Assembly (NCBI GenBank): GCA_963747235.1 | Contig: CAVVEU010000024.1 | Span: 576,001-640,000 of the forward strand | Source: an uncultured Candidatus Rokubacteria bacterium | Lineage (GTDB): Bacteria > Methylomirabilota > Methylomirabilia > Rokubacteriales > CSP1-6 | Reading direction: 5' to 3' | Length of the DNA stretch: 64,000 nt | Shown here: positions 61,605 through 64,000 of the stretch, in pieces | How the letters are laid out: each line of letters starts with the position of its first letter | Numbering within the stretch: position 1 is the first letter of the stretch | Notes under the pieces: generated by a model | Seen by the model: only the letters and a program-made list of their open reading frames with translations | What the model was told of the DNA's origin: nothing | Database searches by the model: none | Program-made: the position numbers and the translations under genes

Positions 61605-62193
61605 CCGCGCAGATCCGCCTCGGCGACGTCATCAACTTCTTCGAGTACGAGAAGGTGCGCGAGGACCGACGGCGCCGCGTGATCGAGCTGAAGGAGAGGC
61701 GGCGGGTCGAGGTCGGACCGTACCTGTCGTTCGTCTTCGAGAACCGGGCGACGCTCCTGTTCCAGATCCAGGAGATGTGCCGCGCGGAGCGCATCAGCGA
61801 CGACGCCAAGGTACAGGAAGAGATCGACGTCTACAGCGCGCTGCTCCCCGGGCCGGGCGAGCTCTCGGCCACGCTGTTCATCGAGATCGCCGACAAGGAT
61901 CAGATCAAGCCGGTGCTGGACCGCTTCATGGGCATCGACACCGGCCATCACGTGTGGATCGAGATGGTGGGCGGCCTCCGGGTGCCCGGGGTCTTCGAGG
62001 CGGGCCACTCCGACGAGGAGAAGGGCAAGCTCGCCGCCGTCCACTTCGTGCGCTTCGTCTTCTCCGACGAGGCGATGCGCGCCTTCCGCGACGCTCCGCG
62101 GTGGACCTGGTGACCGATCACCCCGCCGCGCGCGCGCGCGCCCGCCTGTCCGACGAGACCAAGGCCGAGCTGCTGACCGACCTCGTCGCCTGA
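61601..62193 (+). CDS. DUF3501 family protein (frameshift near 62100)
   Basis: FENRATLLFQIQEM.RAE, LSATLFIE, AVHFVRF; usual partner of rubrerythrin and the Fe-S oxidoreductase. Confidence 0.85.
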
Positions 62194-62219
62194 CGGGCGC
62201 GCGGCGGCGCCGCGCGCGG

Positions 62220-62924
62220 CTACTGCATGATCCAGAACCAGACGTAGTAGACCAGCGGTCAGGATGAAGCCGAACCAGAGGGTGCCCTTCACGGTGGCGA
62301 GCGGCTTGGCCGCGCCCTTGCCCGGCGTGCCCACCAGCGCGTTGATCTCGACCAGCACCATGATCGCGAGCGCCACGACCCAGAAGACGAGTCCCGACTT
62401 GCCGACGGTGAGGCCGCGGCAGGTGGCTGCGCCGCGCCCATGAAGAAGAGCATCGGGATCGAGATCACCACGTTGGTGCGGGAGGCCAGCCCGCCCGCGC
62501 CCCCGCCGCAGCCGCGGCCGGGTTGGCCGGCTTGCCCGCCGCGGTGTCGAGCGCGTTCTGGATCACGATCTTGTTCCGGGGCCAGATCACGAACCACACG
62601 TTGGCCCACATGATCGATCCCAGGAGGCCGCCCAGCAGGATCTTCCACGTGCCCGGGTCGTTGATGCCGCGGAGCCCCGAGCCAGTAGTGGAGCAGGTAG
62701 ATCCAGCCGGAGAGGAAGGTGATCATCGCGCCCCACCGGAACCACCACATCACGCGGGGCAGCAGCTTCTGCTGCGCACCCGAGCGGACCCCCGGCTCGG
62801 TCTCCGCGAAGAAGGGGACCTGGGCGAAGTTGAGGTAGTACAGGAGGCCGATCCAGGTGATACCCGCCAGGAAGTGAATCCAGCGCAAGAGGAACAGCCA
62901 GCCCTCGGAGCTCATCAGTGCCAT
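62220..62924 (-). CDS. puuD: Urate hydroxylase PuuD-like membrane protein (several frameshifts)
   Basis: RWIHFLAGITWIGLLYYLNF, WWFRWGA, GSIMWANVWFVIWP, ASRTN..SIPMLFFM. Confidence 0.75.
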
Positions 62925-62981
62925 CGCTACCCTCCCGGGAAAGACCGCGGATCAGTCACTGCATCGAGCCCTCGAGCCTAG

Positions 62982-63215
62982 TCAGGCGTCGTCCTTGTCG
63001 TCGTCATCCTCATCCTCGTCGTCGTCCTCCTCGTCGTCGTCGAGGTCATCGTCGAGATCGTCGTCGTCGAAATCGTCATCGTCGTCGAAGTCATCGTCCT
63101 CGTCGTCGAGGTCGTCGTCGTCCTTGTCCTTGTCCTCGTCCTTGTCCTCGTCGTCCGGCGCGAGCAGCGGCGTCTGCTCTTCTTCGATCCACGGGTGATT
63201 GCCGAGGCTGACCAT
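62982..63215 (-). CDS. Small extremely acidic protein (77 aa, 50 Asp/Glu)
   Basis: GGGAGGAG RBS; mixed GAC/GAT codons; upstream consensus promoter. Confidence 0.7.
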   Translation of the reverse strand: MVSLGNHPWIEEEQTPLLAPDDEDKDEDKDKDDDDLDDEDDDFDDDDDFDDDDLDDDLDDDEEDDDEDEDDDDKDDA

Positions 63216-63255
63216 GTGAAGCTCCTCCCGAGGTAAGGCCTTTACGCTGGGCGGG

Positions 63256-63283
63256 ATTATAGCAAAGGGGGTTTGGGTGTCCA
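63256..63283 (-). promoter_or_regulatory. Strong sigma70 promoter (extended -10) for the acidic protein
   Basis: Minus strand TGGACA-16 nt-TATAAT, with TGn immediately before the -10. Confidence 0.7.
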
Positions 63284-63308
63284 CGCCATTTTGCCCGTTG
63301 CGCGCGAC

Positions 63309-63335
63309 TTATCCACTTATCCCCACTCATCCACA
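63309..63335 (+). promoter_or_regulatory. Cluster of three DnaA-box-like 9-mers
   Basis: TTATCCACT(63309-17), TTATCCCCA(63317-25) and TCATCCACA(63327-35), each one mismatch from TTATCCACA. Confidence 0.55.
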
Positions 63336-63568
63336 ACACGAGATTTGCACGCGCTGACGCGGCTCCGCGGGCGTGGCGACGCGGGCGCGCAGCACTGGCG
63401 CGGGCAACATGCACGTCACCTTTGCGATCCCTGATCGAACGTGGCGATTCGCGCGTGCGCGCGTGCCCGCCCGCATTTCCAGAGGGCACCTCCGTGCTTG
63501 ACGGCCGCTTCGCGCAACGCCTACGATCGAACGGAGCGCCGCATGCGCCCACGAGGAGAATAGAAGAG

Positions 63569-64000
63569 ATGCCGTTGTTCGCCGTCGAGCGTGACCTGAG
63601 CCAGGTGCCCCCCGAGCATTTCCGCTCCAACCTCCCGGGCCTGGTGGCCGCGTGCGCGCGGCTGCAGGGTCTCGGGAAGAAGGTGCGCTACATCAGCAGC
63701 GCGGTGTTCCCCGCCGAGGCGCGCGGCCTCTGCCTCTTCGGCGCGGAACAGCCCCAGTGGATCCACGAGGCGAACGAGGCGGCCCGGCTGCCCTACTCGC
63801 GGATCTTTCCGGTCCTCGACCTCACCCCCACCGGTGTCCGGCGCGACCTCTCGCGCGGCCGCTGGCCCACGCGCGTCGAGGCGACCGCGACGGTGGCGCA
63901 CAAGGGGACCAACGGTGGGCCCCCGTCCGGGGCCGCCGCGCGGGTGGCCGATGAGATGGCCCGGTGGTCGGACGAGGCGCATGAGCTCATGCAGGTCCTC
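63569..64000 (+). CDS. DUF4242/SCO4226-like protein with C-terminal extension (3' truncated; absent from ORF track)
   Basis: MPLFAVERDL...VRYISSAVFPAEARGLCLFGA...EANEAARLPYSRI; GAGGAG upstream; open to the window end. Confidence 0.7.
   Translation, partial: MPLFAVERDLSQVPPEHFRSNLPGLVAACARLQGLGKKVRYISSAVFPAEARGLCLFGAEQPQWIHEANEAARLPYSRIFPVLDLTPTGVRRDLSRGRWPTRVEATATVAHKGTNGGPPSGAAARVADEMARWSDEAHELMQVL

Noticed and set aside
62982-63215. Acidic small protein as a Pup/UBact-like modifier for the GQYL ATPase
   Set aside because: It ends in KDDA, not the GG(E/Q) or G(E/Q) terminus needed for conjugation, and no ligase genes are nearby.
63290-63560. Chromosomal origin (oriC)
   Set aside because: Only three imperfect boxes, no clear AT-rich unwinding element and no dnaA/dnaN/gidA neighbours. 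Kept only as a regulatory candidate.

Overview
This is a very GC-rich (roughly 70-73% by eye), gene-dense bacterial chromosomal window with about 65 protein-coding genes. I found no rRNA, tRNA, CRISPR array or mobile element. Gene content and style suggest a diderm soil bacterium such as Rokubacteria/Methylomirabilota; this is inference, not tested. About 25 genes are split by apparent 1-2 nt indels with intact codon bias, most likely long-read assembly errors. Housekeeping and accessory content: pepA, an ECF42-type sigma with a DGPF partner, fhs, a GldAFG-like ABC system, tolQRAB-pal-cpoB, lgt, thrC, thyX, tandem M20 amidohydrolases, CoxD/CoxE-like MoxR-VWA, a thiolase-fold plus DUF35 pair, uvrA and a Fur/PerR-rubrerythrin-FeS-DUF3501 cluster. 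Best leads: (1) a minimal, catalytically degenerate ARC/Mpa-like AAA+ protein ending in the proteasome-docking motif GQYL (7642-8631); (2) a selenoprotein (U-G-S-C-x-x-C) that the ORF track splits in two, with a bacterial SECIS-like hairpin (50726-51253); (3) a 77-aa, about 65% acidic protein behind a strong promoter and three DnaA-box-like 9-mers (62982-63335); (4) divergent sigma54-type promoters for a ~1500-aa FecR/repeat secreted protein and a minimal HExxH lipoprotein (33817-38992).
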